Of a DNA stretch of 64,000 nucleotides, positions 49,042 to 59,634 are shown one piece after another. Both the position numbers and the translations under genes were made by a program. Below the pieces are notes generated by a model that had not been told where the DNA came from, made no database searches, and saw only the letters and a list, made by a program, of their open reading frames with translations. Each line of letters starts with the position of its first letter. The stretch's first letter is position 1. The stretch covers positions 896,001 to 960,000 of the forward strand of contig OZ244922.1 of assembly GCA_965221905.1 (NCBI GenBank), written 5' to 3'. Source of the stretch: Chloroflexota bacterium. GTDB lineage: Bacteria; Chloroflexota; UBA11872; VXOZ01.

Positions 49042-50403
49042 ATGCTGTCACGGCGATCGTTATTGGCAAGTTCCGCTGCGCTCGCCGCGGGTTGCAGCAC
49101 GCTCGAGTCTGCGTTCTCGCCGCCCGGTCTGCCCAAGGAGACAGAGATAGACTGGGCAGTTTTCAGTGGATTCATCAGCCTCTATGATCCGGAGGGAATA
49201 CTGAACTCTGATGAGATTGTGCTCCAGCGCGGGCTGGCGGCGTTGGCGGAGGACAAGGAAAACCCATACGGCCCGCAGCGTGGGCGATACAACGTCACGC
49301 TGCGTTATGCGGAGGACTACTTGCCGGAACTGGCTCCGCCGCCAGAGAACCGCGAAGAAGTCTTAGAGTATTTTGCAGAGTTACTGGATGCCTTTTCGGC
49401 TGACCTCGTGGCGCTGCCACCATTTCTCGCAAGACTATTGGGCGAGGAAGGTCTCGTGTTGCCCTTAGACCGATTCATGGGTGCGGAGAAGTCTGCGATC
49501 GAGGCGTCATTCTTCCCCAGCGTGCTCGAGCCGGGTCGGGGCGCGGGCGGGCTCTATGCCCTGCCGGTGGGCGCGCTGCCGCAGATGGTGACGTATGATG
49601 CGGTGTTCTTCACGAAGTGGGGCGTACGGCCGCCGGACGGAAGTTGGGACTGGGATGATTTGGTGAGCAATGCGGCGCGGCTGACGCAGCGCGATGCGGA
49701 TGGCGAGGTGACGCGCTGGGGCGTGGTTACGCACGGGGGCATCATTGGCGGGATTTGGTGGACGCTTTGGCAAAACGAAGCAGGCGTATTAGAGCCGGAA
49801 ACGATGCGGTGCCGGCTACAAGAACCGGACGCATTAGAAGCCTTGCAGTTCTTCCGCGACATGCTGCATACGCACCGGGTCTCGCCGGCAGTAAGTAGAG
49901 GCGAACTCTATAAGCTATGGACGGGAGTGACGCCGCACTTTGCGATGAAATACAGCACACCAGCGCTTGTCCCGACTACCCTTGACTTCCCTTTGGCGGA
50001 GTTGCCCCGGGGCAAAGTGCACGCCGTGCCGGTGAGCGCAGACTTAAGCATTGCCATTGCCGCCAGGACGGAGAAGGCGGAGGCGGCGTACACGGCGCTC
50101 AGGGGCGTCGTGGGCGTCATGCAAGAGCGCGTGCACGTGCCCGCCGAGCGTGAGGCGCTCGCGCGCCTTGGCGAGTTTCGCAAGAGGCTCAGGCCCGATG
50201 AAGTAACGGCGATCCAGCGTTCAATGGAACATGGGCACGCTATGCCGCAGTTTGGCGTTCAATACGCTGCCATGGGAAGCATAATGGAGGGTCTGGTACG
50301 CGGCGACGACGTGGCAACGGTGGTGGGCACGGCATGTGCACGCATAGGCGAGCACATGCAGTTTTGCGAGGCTAACCCCATAGTCTTTAGGTGTCTCATC
50401 TAA
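49042..50403 (+). CDS. TAT-exported ABC solute-binding lipoprotein, paralog 2
   Basis: MLSRRSLL...LAAG|C, LPLDRF, GLYALP, WDWDDL, EALQF. Confidence 0.82.
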   Translation: MLSRRSLLASSAALAAGCSTLESAFSPPGLPKETEIDWAVFSGFISLYDPEGILNSDEIVLQRGLAALAEDKENPYGPQRGRYNVTLRYAEDYLPELAPPPENREEVLEYFAELLDAFSADLVALPPFLARLLGEEGLVLPLDRFMGAEKSAIEASFFPSVLEPGRGAGGLYALPVGALPQMVTYDAVFFTKWGVRPPDGSWDWDDLVSNAARLTQRDADGEVTRWGVVTHGGIIGGIWWTLWQNEAGVLEPETMRCRLQEPDALEALQFFRDMLHTHRVSPAVSRGELYKLWTGVTPHFAMKYSTPALVPTTLDFPLAELPRGKVHAVPVSADLSIAIAARTEKAEAAYTALRGVVGVMQERVHVPAEREALARLGEFRKRLRPDEVTAIQRSMEHGHAMPQFGVQYAAMGSIMEGLVRGDDVATVVGTACARIGEHMQFCEANPIVFRCLI

Positions 50404-50675
50404 AAGCCTCCGCCGTTGGGCGGTCCGCATCGTCGCGGAGCCGTTGCGCACTGTGTCAAAAGCAGTCAATTGCTATATCGTGGCGGAAGGCATCCGTGGT
50501 TAAGGGTGCTATGTGCATTGGGAAAGCGAACCCGTAGCGCGGGGGCTAGTCCTCCACATCCTCAAGAGGGAATTGAACGTTTCTCGATCCTTGCCTATCA
50601 GGAATGGCTCACTTCACGCGCAGAGGGCGAGTCAGCAGTAGTGAGGCTGCAGCCGTCATGAGCAGAGACAGTGCG

Positions 50676-52106
50676 ATGCTTTCACGACGAACTTTACTCG
50701 CGGGCTCGGCGGCGCTCGCTGCCGGATGCAGCTCGCTGGGTTCTCCGCTATCACCTCCGAGCCTGCCCAAAGTGACGGAGTTGAACTGGGCAGTAATCGG
50801 CGATTTTCCCAGCCTGCATGATCCCGAAGGTTTACTGCTCTCGAATGAGAGCGTGCTCCAGGGAGGATTGGCGGCGTTGGCGGAAGACAAGGAAAACCCA
50901 TACGGTCCGGAGCGTGGACGTTTCAACATCAAACTGCGCTATGCAGAGCGCTGGCCGAAGCAGGACTCTCCGCCAAAAGACCTTGAGGAGTGGCTGGCGT
51001 ATTTCGTGGAGGTGCTGGACGCCTTCTCCGCCGATCTTGTGACGGTGTCACCCTTACTCGCGAATTTTCTGACTGAACATGGCCTCATGATGCCCTTGGA
51101 TCGTTTCTTGGGTAAAGAGAAAGCGGGAATTGAGGCTGAATTCTTCTCTAGCGTGCTTGAGCCGCACCGCGGCCCGGGTGGACTCTATGCCCTGCCGGTG
51201 GCCGCGTTGCCGCAGATGGTGACATATGACGCGGTGTACTTCGACAGGAGAGGCGTACCGCCGGTGGACAGTAGTTGGGACTGGGACGTTTTGGTGCGTA
51301 ATGCGGAGCGGCTGACGCTGCGCCATGAGAACGGCGAAGTGGCGCGCTGGGGCGTTGTCACCCTTGGGAGCGTAATTGAAGGTATTTGGTGGGCGCTATG
51401 GCAAAACGAAGCGAACATGGTTGATCCGAAATCGCTGCAATGTCGGCTACAAGAACCGGCCTCATTCGAGGCCTTGCAGTTTTTCCGCGATCTCATCCAT
51501 ACGCACCACGTCTCTCCTCCACTAGACAGTGGTCACCGCCGTAATTTGTGGTCCGGCGTGACACCGCTATTCGCCATGCAATACAGCACACCAGCACTTG
51601 CTCCGACTACCCTTGACTTTCGTTTGGCGGAGCTGCCCCAGGGCAGGGCGCGCGCCGTGCCGGTGGGCGTAGACTTTAGCATCGCCATTGCCGCTAGAAC
51701 GGAGAAAGCGGAAGCGGCGTACGTAGCGCTGCGGGGCGTTGTCGGCGCCATGCAGAGATTCGTACGTGTGCCCGCAGAGCGTGAAACGCTCGCGCGACTG
51801 GGTGAGATTCGCAAGCGGCTGCGCCCTGAGGAAGTCTCTGCGATTCTGCGCTCCATGGAGCATGGGCACAAGCTGCCGCGATTTGGAGCAGAGCACCTTG
51901 CCATGGGCCGCATTGTTTGGGGTCTGGCGCGGGGTGAGGACGTGGCGTCGGTAGTGAATTCGGCCTGTAGGTTCATGGATGAGCAGCGAGAGTTCTGTTT
52001 ACAGAACCCCGATGACCCACGCTGTATCTTCTCTTGGCCCGCTCCAATAGAATTACTGCAATTTAGTGGTCCTCCTGCACCGCCAAGGCAAATTACGCCG
52101 CCCTAA
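50676..52106 (+). CDS. TAT-exported ABC solute-binding lipoprotein, paralog 3
   Basis: MLSRRTLL...LAAG|C; closely similar to paralog 2 over its full length. Confidence 0.82.
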   Translation: MLSRRTLLAGSAALAAGCSSLGSPLSPPSLPKVTELNWAVIGDFPSLHDPEGLLLSNESVLQGGLAALAEDKENPYGPERGRFNIKLRYAERWPKQDSPPKDLEEWLAYFVEVLDAFSADLVTVSPLLANFLTEHGLMMPLDRFLGKEKAGIEAEFFSSVLEPHRGPGGLYALPVAALPQMVTYDAVYFDRRGVPPVDSSWDWDVLVRNAERLTLRHENGEVARWGVVTLGSVIEGIWWALWQNEANMVDPKSLQCRLQEPASFEALQFFRDLIHTHHVSPPLDSGHRRNLWSGVTPLFAMQYSTPALAPTTLDFRLAELPQGRARAVPVGVDFSIAIAARTEKAEAAYVALRGVVGAMQRFVRVPAERETLARLGEIRKRLRPEEVSAILRSMEHGHKLPRFGAEHLAMGRIVWGLARGEDVASVVNSACRFMDEQREFCLQNPDDPRCIFSWPAPIELLQFSGPPAPPRQITPP

Positions 52107-52205
52107 AAGTCTCCGTTAGCTGTCTCAGCCGGTTAGGTGTACGAACACTTGCACCGAGCGTGCGGCGGTCCTGTTGTCGTATCGTCGCAGTCGAGAGCAT
52201 ATCCG

Positions 52206-53636
52206 CTAATTCCATTCAGGCCCGATCATATCCAGGGGTGGAGTGGTTGTGCTGAGCAGGCGCTCGGTGAGGAGGCCGTGGTATTCGCGCATGCGGGCAT
52301 GGGCGGCAGGATCGTGTGCCAGGTTGCGGAATTCGTGTGGGTCTTCCTGCAGGTCGTAGAATTCGCTGCCCAACTCCCGGCCCCAGTAGGCGTACTTGTA
52401 GCGGTTGGTGATGAGCGCCGTGCCGCGCGTGACGCGATCGCCGTGTATGTAATCGGATAGCGCCATGCCGGGCAGGTTCGCCTTGCCCTCGATAACCGGA
52501 CGCAGGCTGGTGGCGGCCATCGCCTCAGGTATCGGCACACCGGCGTAGTCGAGGATTGTCGGCGCGATCTGGAAGGTCTCCACCACGTCCTCCGCCACCG
52601 GTGTGCGCGCCTGACCGGTCGGAGGTACCACGATGAGGGGCACCCGCGCCGAGGGTTCCCAAAACGTACCTTTGCCGCCGCGCGACCAATCGCCCATGTG
52701 GTCGCCGTGGTCGCTGGCATAGATTATGAGCGTATTGTCCAGCGTACCGGCGTCCGCCAGCGTCTGCACTAACTTACCCACCATGTCGTCGATCATGGTG
52801 CAGAGACCCCAGTACTTGGCAATAGCTTTGCGGATGATGCGGTCGTCGGGCTCCTTGGCAAAGCGCCCGCCGCCGTTTTGCAGGTGCTTGGGTTTGTCGC
52901 TGTCGTCGGCCAGGTACGTGGCGGGCATGTCGATTTCCGCCGGATCATACATGCTGGCGTAGGGCTCCGGCGGGTCCAACGGGCCGTGGGGGCCGCAGAT
53001 GCCGCACCAGGCAAAGAAGGGCCGGTCACGGCTCTCGCGCATGAAACCGGCGGTGTTGTTCGTGATCCAGGTGTCGATGTAGTCTTCGTAGGGCAGCACG
53101 TTGGTGATGGCCGTCATCTCTTTGTACTCAGGCTGGCGGCGCTGGGCGTATATTTTTTCATAGCCGCCCGGATGGCGCTCCTCCAGCCACGCGGCGTAGA
53201 GCGGCCCCAAAGGTCCCGGCCCAAAATGCGTGCCGGAGGATTCCGTCCAGCGTGAGCCTTTGCCTTCGGTCAAGATCGTGAAACGGAAACCCTTTGGCGG
53301 CCACATGTGTATCTTGCCGAATGCCGCCGTATAGTAACCTGCCGCGTCGTGGAGATGTTCCATGAAGGTCAACTCCGACGGGGGCAGACCCGGTGTGCGG
53401 TCAATGGGAAGGGCCTGGAAGGTCACGCCGTGCTGGTGGATATAGCGTCCCGTCTGGATACATGCGCGGGCAGGCGTACAAATGGTGTTCTGCGTGTAGG
53501 GACGGACAAAGCGAGTGCCTTTGGCGGCCAGAGCGTCGATATGAGGTGTCTTGACCTTCTTGTTGCCGTAGCAGCCGAGCGTATCCCAGCGCTGTTGATC
53601 TGTGGTGATGAGCAAAACGTTCGGAGCTTGCGCCAT
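52206..53636 (-). CDS. Cys-type sulfatase (choline-sulfatase/arylsulfatase-like)
   Basis: PNVLLITTDQQR, CTPAR (CxPxR), GKIH, PHGP, SDHGDH, VPLI, YDLQEDPHE. Start at ATG 53636 after GGAGG. Confidence 0.92.
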   Translation of the reverse strand: MAQAPNVLLITTDQQRWDTLGCYGNKKVKTPHIDALAAKGTRFVRPYTQNTICTPARACIQTGRYIHQHGVTFQALPIDRTPGLPPSELTFMEHLHDAAGYYTAAFGKIHMWPPKGFRFTILTEGKGSRWTESSGTHFGPGPLGPLYAAWLEERHPGGYEKIYAQRRQPEYKEMTAITNVLPYEDYIDTWITNNTAGFMRESRDRPFFAWCGICGPHGPLDPPEPYASMYDPAEIDMPATYLADDSDKPKHLQNGGGRFAKEPDDRIIRKAIAKYWGLCTMIDDMVGKLVQTLADAGTLDNTLIIYASDHGDHMGDWSRGGKGTFWEPSARVPLIVVPPTGQARTPVAEDVVETFQIAPTILDYAGVPIPEAMAATSLRPVIEGKANLPGMALSDYIHGDRVTRGTALITNRYKYAYWGRELGSEFYDLQEDPHEFRNLAHDPAAHARMREYHGLLTERLLSTTTPPLDMIGPEWN

Positions 53637-54042
53637 GAAAATGCCTCCCGACGTGGTGCTTGAAGCAAAAGAACTACTGTGTCGCAACCGATTATATACT
53701 CTGATGTTCCTTGAGGTTTACTCGCGATTCAGGCAACATCTCAGCGCACGGTATGAAAACGTACGAGGGCGAGAGCGCCGAGTTTGGTCGCCAGTGCATG
53801 AACCAATCCGCGCACCGTTTACCGCCGGTAGCGGCGCAGTGCCACGGCTGCTAGTAGTTTAGACTCAATGAATGCCCACTTATCTGGAACAGATTTAGTG
53901 CCGACTGCGACGCAATCTAGGATAGATCGCGAGCTACCGGCAGTGTCGCGGGCGGTTAGAATACGCTGCTTGCTGGGTTTGAGATCGTGTGTTAGCATAC
54001 GGGTACTCCTCGGTAGCATCTGCCCCTAACTTAAGGTTTCGT

Positions 54043-54636
54043 ATGGCTTCCCCGGTGAAGCAGCCCCACTCGCGACGCGTGGGCGTTCGCAAGCAATCTT
54101 CTTCGGCCTCGGCTGTCTTTAAGTCACCGCGCCTGGAGGCCCTTCTCACGCCCAAGAATCTCAGCGCCACAGGAGTCTCGAAGTGGCCCTCAGCTCCGAC
54201 ATCTGCGCGGCGCCCCCGACAGCGGCGCATACCTACCTCGGCACGAATGTTTTCTTTGCGGCGCTTGCTGCCCGCGTGGCTGTTGCGGGCACTATTCATG
54301 ATTGCCGCGATCAGCGCAAGCTGGCTCACGCTAATTTGGGTCATGGTCACGCAGGATCCCGCCCAAAGCGGCAGCCGGGTGGTCTTCGTCGTTAGCGTCT
54401 TCATCACCATATTCGTCACCAGCTTACCCATAATGCACCGCGTCTTTTCGCGGTTTGCACCATCGCGCTTGCAGCAGGGCAATCCGGTGCTGGTTGCCGG
54501 TAACTCTTTTCTGCTGGCGAGCATCATCGTGGCAAACTTGAGCCTGCTGCTCGTGGGAAGCTGGAATGTGGCGATGTTCGTTTTGATCGCTGCGATAACT
54601 GTTGTGGTAGAGTTCCTCTTCCTCGCGCGCAAGTGA
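54043..54636 (+). CDS. hypothetical membrane protein (basic N-terminus, about 4 TM)
   Basis: Four hydrophobic segments in the C-terminal half, co-oriented with the next gene. Start uncertain. Confidence 0.6.
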   Translation: MASPVKQPHSRRVGVRKQSSSASAVFKSPRLEALLTPKNLSATGVSKWPSAPTSARRPRQRRIPTSARMFSLRRLLPAWLLRALFMIAAISASWLTLIWVMVTQDPAQSGSRVVFVVSVFITIFVTSLPIMHRVFSRFAPSRLQQGNPVLVAGNSFLLASIIVANLSLLLVGSWNVAMFVLIAAITVVVEFLFLARK

Positions 54637-54666
54637 TCACGCCCGAAGGAAATCCCAACGGATACA

Positions 54667-55434
54667 ATGCTTGAGTCAGACGACCTCGCCCAACTCTACG
54701 ATCTTGAATACGACGACTGGGACGAGGACAGCGCGTTCTGGCAGAGCTTTGCCGCGCGTACGGGTGGCCCAATCGTCGAGCTTGGCTGCGGCACGGCCCG
54801 CGCCCTGGCGCCATTGGCGCAACGCGGTTATAGAGTTGTCGGCATCGATTCTTCGCGGGCCATGCTGGAACGCGCAGAAGAACGGTTCCAAGCATATGGC
54901 ATTGACGACGAAGATTTCCAGCTTGCGTGTGAACCTATGGAATCCGCCGCGATCTCCGAGCCGGGGCGCCTCGTCTTCTCTGCGCTGAACGCCTTCGCCC
55001 ATTTGACGACGCCCCTGCAACAGACTCAAGCACTCGACGCCGCCCACCGCATGCTCCACCCTGAGGGGTTGCTCGTGCTCGATCTCTTCAACCCACTCAC
55101 GCAGGAGTATGACGAACGCGACCGCATGGTGACCCTGCGCAACGTCTTGGCAGACCCGCGGACCGGCGCACCCATTCAGCAGTTCGAGGTGTGGGAGGTG
55201 GACCGCGATACGCAGGTGGTGCAAATCACATATCTTTACGACCATTTACAGGCCGACGGCAGCATTCGCCGCACTACAACCACGTTCCCCATGCGATACT
55301 CCTACCGCTATGAGATCGAGGCAAGGCTGGCTCAGTCGAACTTTGCAGTCGAGAACGTCTTCGGCTCGTATGAGGCCGATGCGTTTACGGGCAGCGAGGA
55401 GAAGATGATTTTCGTGGCCCGCCCGCAACGGTAG
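54667..55434 (+). CDS. class I SAM-dependent methyltransferase
   Basis: LYDLEY, IVELGCGTAR, GIDSSRAML, LHPEGLLVLDLFNP. Confidence 0.88.
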   Translation: MLESDDLAQLYDLEYDDWDEDSAFWQSFAARTGGPIVELGCGTARALAPLAQRGYRVVGIDSSRAMLERAEERFQAYGIDDEDFQLACEPMESAAISEPGRLVFSALNAFAHLTTPLQQTQALDAAHRMLHPEGLLVLDLFNPLTQEYDERDRMVTLRNVLADPRTGAPIQQFEVWEVDRDTQVVQITYLYDHLQADGSIRRTTTTFPMRYSYRYEIEARLAQSNFAVENVFGSYEADAFTGSEEKMIFVARPQR

Positions 55435-55585
55435 AATGTGCAATTGATTCACGCCATTCCGAGCGTGGCATAGCCCGTGCGAGAATTGCGCGCGGGGTAC
55501 CGGTGGGAACACGGAAGTCGAACGTGCTATTCTGAGTATGAGCCTTTCCCCGAGTGCACTGCATCAGATGTGAAAATCATCTCCT

Positions 55586-56464
55586 ATGGCAACAAAAATC
55601 GAACGAAAGCCGGACTGGATCCGCGTCCGCTGGAAAGAGGGCGACCAGTACCGCGAACTCAAGCAGATCATGCGCGGGATGGACCTGCATACTGTCTGCG
55701 AAGAGGCGCGGTGCCCGAATATCAGCGAGTGCTGGAATTCGCGCACGGCGACGTTCATGATCCTGGGGGATACCTGCACCCGCGCGTGCAGCTTCTGCGC
55801 GGTAAAGAGCGGGCGTCCCGCGGGTCTGGACAAGATCGAACCCATCCGCGTGGCCTGGGCGGTGAAGCAGATGGGGCTGCGCCACGCCGTGATTACGTCC
55901 GTGGCTCGCGATGACTTGGAAGACGGCGGCGCGCAGATCTTTGCCGAGACCATCCGCAAGGTGCGGGAACTCAACCCGGATTGTTCCATAGAAGTGCTCA
56001 TTCCCGACCTGGACGGCAAGCACGACGCGCTGAAAGAGGTGGTGGCGGCCAAGCCGGCAATCCTCAACCACAACGTGGAGACCGTGCCCCGCCTGCAACG
56101 CCGCGTGCGCCCCAAAGCCCGCTATGAGCGTAGCCACTGGGTGTTGCGCACCACCAAGCTGCTCGACCCGGACATGCTAACAAAGTCCGGCATTATGCTC
56201 GGCTTAGGCGAGACCTGGGACGAGATTGTGCAAACCCTCACGGACATGGCCGAAACGGGTGTGGACATATTCACCATCGGCCAATACCTGCGCCCTTCCA
56301 AGAAGCACCAGAAGCTGGAACGCTACTACCGCCCGGAAGAGTTCACCGAACTCAAGGATATCGGCGAGTCCCTCGGCATCCGCCACGTCGAATCCGGCCC
56401 CCTCGTCCGCTCCTCCTACCACGCCCGCGATCAGGTTGAAACGCTACAGGATAAGGCAGAGTAG
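55586..56464 (+). CDS. lipA: lipoyl synthase
   Basis: [16 protein letters not shown] (CX4CX5C), CTRACSFC radical-SAM motif, [22 protein letters not shown]. Confidence 0.97.
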   Translation: MATKIERKPDWIRVRWKEGDQYRELKQIMRGMDLHTVCEEARCPNISECWNSRTATFMILGDTCTRACSFCAVKSGRPAGLDKIEPIRVAWAVKQMGLRHAVITSVARDDLEDGGAQIFAETIRKVRELNPDCSIEVLIPDLDGKHDALKEVVAAKPAILNHNVETVPRLQRRVRPKARYERSHWVLRTTKLLDPDMLTKSGIMLGLGETWDEIVQTLTDMAETGVDIFTIGQYLRPSKKHQKLERYYRPEEFTELKDIGESLGIRHVESGPLVRSSYHARDQVETLQDKAE

Positions 56465-56644
56465 CCAATTCTGTGGGTCGTGTCATTCCGAGCGCGCCTT
56501 AGTCTCGCACTCTACACGGGATTGGAGTGTAGAGCGTGCGTTCTGCTGGGTCGCCATCATTTGCCAAGGTGTAGCAGTTGATTCGTAGCGCGGGGGCTTG
56601 CCCTCCCCTCGCCATCGGGCTGTATGCGTGGGGTGCGGAGAAGA

Positions 56645-56671
56645 TGGATTCCCGCGAAAGCGGGAATGACG
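56645..56671. repeat. REP-like half element related to family A
   Basis: TGGATTCCCGCGAAAGCGGGAATGACG; a GTCATTCCG left-arm variant lies at about 56482. Confidence 0.65.
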
Positions 56672-56753
56672 GCCTGAGTTGCGTTTAATTCAATTGCAAT
56701 GAGGATATATTTCCTCAAGAGCTACCAAACAAAAGAGAGACTGGCAGGGCAGT

Positions 56754-57503
56754 ATGACGCAATGGTTTGAGGACGAATCTCTCTGGGTCGAGACGTATCC
56801 GTATATGTTCTCACCGGCGCGATTCGCTGCCGCCGAGGAGGAGATCGATCCGCTGCTTAGGCTCATTGGGATGAGGCCGCAGTCGATTCTCGACCTTTGC
56901 TGCGGGCCGGGACGCTTTGCCGTTCCCCTGGCTCGGCGCGGCTTTCGCGTCACCGGTGTAGACCGGACGACGTTCTTTCTCGACAAGGCCAAGGAGAGAG
57001 CAGCCGCGGAAAACGTCGTGGTCGAGTGGATCCAAGAGGACATGCGGACGTTCGTACAGCCGAGCGCGTTCGACCTGGCCCTCAGCATGTTCACGTCCTT
57101 CGGCTACTTCGACGACAAGGCAGAGGACTTAACGGTGCTGCGGAATGTCCACGAAAGCCTGCGGCCGGGCGGCGCTCTGGTCATGGACGTGGTGGGCAAG
57201 GAACGGCTGGCACGGACGTTTCAACCCACAAACTCCAGGAAACAGCCCGATGGAGCCGTGGTGATCGATCGCCGCGAAGTCTACGACGACTGGACGCGCG
57301 TACGCATGGAGTGGACGATAATTAAAGGCGATGCTGTGCGCGTCTTCACTATCCACCATACGGTCTACTCCGGCCAGGAACTCAAGGACAGACTTACCGC
57401 CGTGGGATTTGGCGACGTCAGGCTCTACGGCGATATAGACGGCGCACCCTACGGCCGCGAGGCCGACCGCCTGATCGCCGTCGCGCGTAAGCCTGCTGAG
57501 TAA
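56754..57503 (+). CDS. class I SAM-dependent methyltransferase
   Basis: ILDLCCGPGR, VTGVD, EDMR, FTSFGYF, LRPGG. Confidence 0.9.
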   Translation: MTQWFEDESLWVETYPYMFSPARFAAAEEEIDPLLRLIGMRPQSILDLCCGPGRFAVPLARRGFRVTGVDRTTFFLDKAKERAAAENVVVEWIQEDMRTFVQPSAFDLALSMFTSFGYFDDKAEDLTVLRNVHESLRPGGALVMDVVGKERLARTFQPTNSRKQPDGAVVIDRREVYDDWTRVRMEWTIIKGDAVRVFTIHHTVYSGQELKDRLTAVGFGDVRLYGDIDGAPYGREADRLIAVARKPAE

Positions 57504-57858
57504 AGTCAGCAAGCTGCCGCCGATTTCGCTGCAACGGTCCCTGGATGTGGGGTCCGGCGCAGCAAGCAAATTGCAGGGATCTGGTCGCGCAGAGTTACTC
57601 GCAGATAGGTCCGCAGGCAGAGGCAAGTCTCACGAGTCTGGTTGGAGTGCATAATTCAATTATCCAACGGGCTTGCTAATGCTCAATGGCTGGGTTCCAG
57701 TCCGATAGTACCTTGCTTTTGTGTACCATGCGATAATTGTGATGAAGCGCTGAATTTCAGTGGGTAGGGACACTATCATAGAAGACAAGGGTCACGTTTG
57801 CCGCGCAAGTTGCCTTTGGTAAGCGACGCGGTGGGCGCAATGGATTAGAGAAAGTAAC

Positions 57859-58182
57859 ATGGCGAAACAGATTCAGTCCGCGCCACAGATACCGGTACCG
57901 CGAGAGCTAATTGCTGCGGTCTGCCTGCGGTATCACATTCGCACACTGGCGCTCTTTGGCTCCGTATTGAGCGAGGACTTTTCGTCCGACAGCGACGTTG
58001 ACGTGCTCGTGGAGTTCGAGCCGGGGCGGACGCCCGGATTCTTTGCGCTGGCGCGGATCGCGCGGGAGCTTTCACCGCTATTCGGTGGGCGCGAGATAGA
58101 CCTGCGGACCCCACTCAGTCTTTCCCCGTACCTTCGTAGTGAAGTCGTGAATTCGGCATATCCAGTCTATGGATACCCTTGA
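57859..58182 (+). CDS. MNT-family nucleotidyltransferase antitoxin (MntA-like)
   Basis: LFGSVLSEDFSSDSDVD = GSX10DXD; overlaps the downstream HEPN gene. Confidence 0.88.
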   Translation: MAKQIQSAPQIPVPRELIAAVCLRYHIRTLALFGSVLSEDFSSDSDVDVLVEFEPGRTPGFFALARIARELSPLFGGREIDLRTPLSLSPYLRSEVVNSAYPVYGYP

Positions 58183-58501
58183 CCGCGTTCGTCTTGGGCA
58201 CATGCTGGAGGCTGGGCAGGAAGCACTGACCTTCGCCGAAGGCAAGACACGCGCCGACCTGGAGTCAAATCGCATGTTAGCGCATGCCCTTGTGGAGTGT
58301 CTGCGTATCGTCGGTGAGGCCGCACGGCAAGTCTCCTCAGAAACCCGCCAACAGTATCCTGCTATCCCGTGGCGAGACATCATTGGCATGCGCAACCTGC
58401 TTGTACATGAGTACTTCAGAATTGACCATGACATTGTTTGGCAAACCGTCACCGTAGAGCTACCCGCGTTGGTCCATGCACTGGAGGAACGCCAAGCGTG
58501 A
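58169..58501 (+). CDS. HEPN/DUF86 RNase toxin (HepT-like)
   Basis: IVGEAA, IPWRDIIGMRNLLVHEY = RX4HXY. Confidence 0.9.
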   Translation: MDTLDRVRLGHMLEAGQEALTFAEGKTRADLESNRMLAHALVECLRIVGEAARQVSSETRQQYPAIPWRDIIGMRNLLVHEYFRIDHDIVWQTVTVELPALVHALEERQA

Positions 58502-59253
58502 GCAGACCAATTGGAGCGTTGCAACGCCATCCCTGCGCCTTGATTGATCTGGGCATGGTGCCGTACCGCGCTGCCTGGGAATTGCAGCGGCGCTTGGCGG
58601 CGGCGCGGCAGACGGACGCGATCCCCGACGTTGTGCTACTCCTGGAGCATCCGCACACCTACACGATAGGTCGCAGGGGAGATGACCGTGAGGTGCTCGC
58701 CACGCCGGAGCACCTTCATAGGCTGGGAGCGACCGTGGTGGAGGTGGACCGGGGCGGACTGGTGACCTATCACGGGCCGGGGCAACTGGTGGGATATCCC
58801 ATCCTCGACCTCCGGCCGCGCGACCGTGACGTGCATCGGTACCTGCGGGACCTCGAACAGGCCCTCATCGACACGCTGCAGGAGTGCGCCATACCGGCGC
58901 AGCGCATCGAGAAGAAGACGGGTGTATGGGTGGGTGACCGCAAGATTGCCTCCATCGGCGTACGTTTCAGCCGTTGGATCAGCAGCCACGGCTTCGCTCT
59001 CAACGTCACCACCGACCTCAGCTACTTTTCCCATATTGTGCCCTGCGGCATGCCGACGGTCACGATGACGTCTGTTGCACAGGAGACGTCCGTTGCACAG
59101 GAGGCCGACACAGCCGACATGGCTTGGCTCCGCGCGCGCATCGCGCACCACCTGGCGCAGGTCTTCGCGCTTCGGTACCTGGACGACTTTCCACCCACGC
59201 TGTGCGACATGCTTGCGGCAATTCAAGAAGATAGAGTGGAAGCGCTGCGGTAA
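58498..59253 (+). CDS. lipB: lipoyl(octanoyl) transferase
   Basis: LLLEHPHTYTIG, DRGGLVTYHGPGQLVGYP, KIASIG, HGFALN, IVPCG. GTG start overlaps the HEPN TGA. Confidence 0.95.
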   Translation: MSRPIGALQRHPCALIDLGMVPYRAAWELQRRLAAARQTDAIPDVVLLLEHPHTYTIGRRGDDREVLATPEHLHRLGATVVEVDRGGLVTYHGPGQLVGYPILDLRPRDRDVHRYLRDLEQALIDTLQECAIPAQRIEKKTGVWVGDRKIASIGVRFSRWISSHGFALNVTTDLSYFSHIVPCGMPTVTMTSVAQETSVAQEADTADMAWLRARIAHHLAQVFALRYLDDFPPTLCDMLAAIQEDRVEALR

Positions 59254-59634
59254 TTGCCACGGCCGCAGGTCTTCCTCCGCTACCTTGCCGCAGCCTTGCG
59301 TGAGGTGTGATTTCCACAGGAGCCGTTCATGGTTCGACCCCGCGGCAGGCTCAGGGCAGGCAGGCTCGCCACGTACGGAATCTGTGCCTACTAACCACGA
59401 AGTGGGTGCCCAAACGCCACGCACGGAATCCCCGTACACCCCGAACGGGAGCCCCGCTCTTTTCGAATGGCCAATCCGGCTAGGCATGATCGTCTGGAGC
59501 GCGGTTCACTGCCCAATCGCAACTTGCTCGCAGCCAGCATGCGGGGTACACTTGCGCTCAATGCAGCGTTTTCAACGAAGTCAGCCTTCACAGATCGAGC
59601 GCAGCCCATTGCAACCACGGCACGGTCTTCTTCG

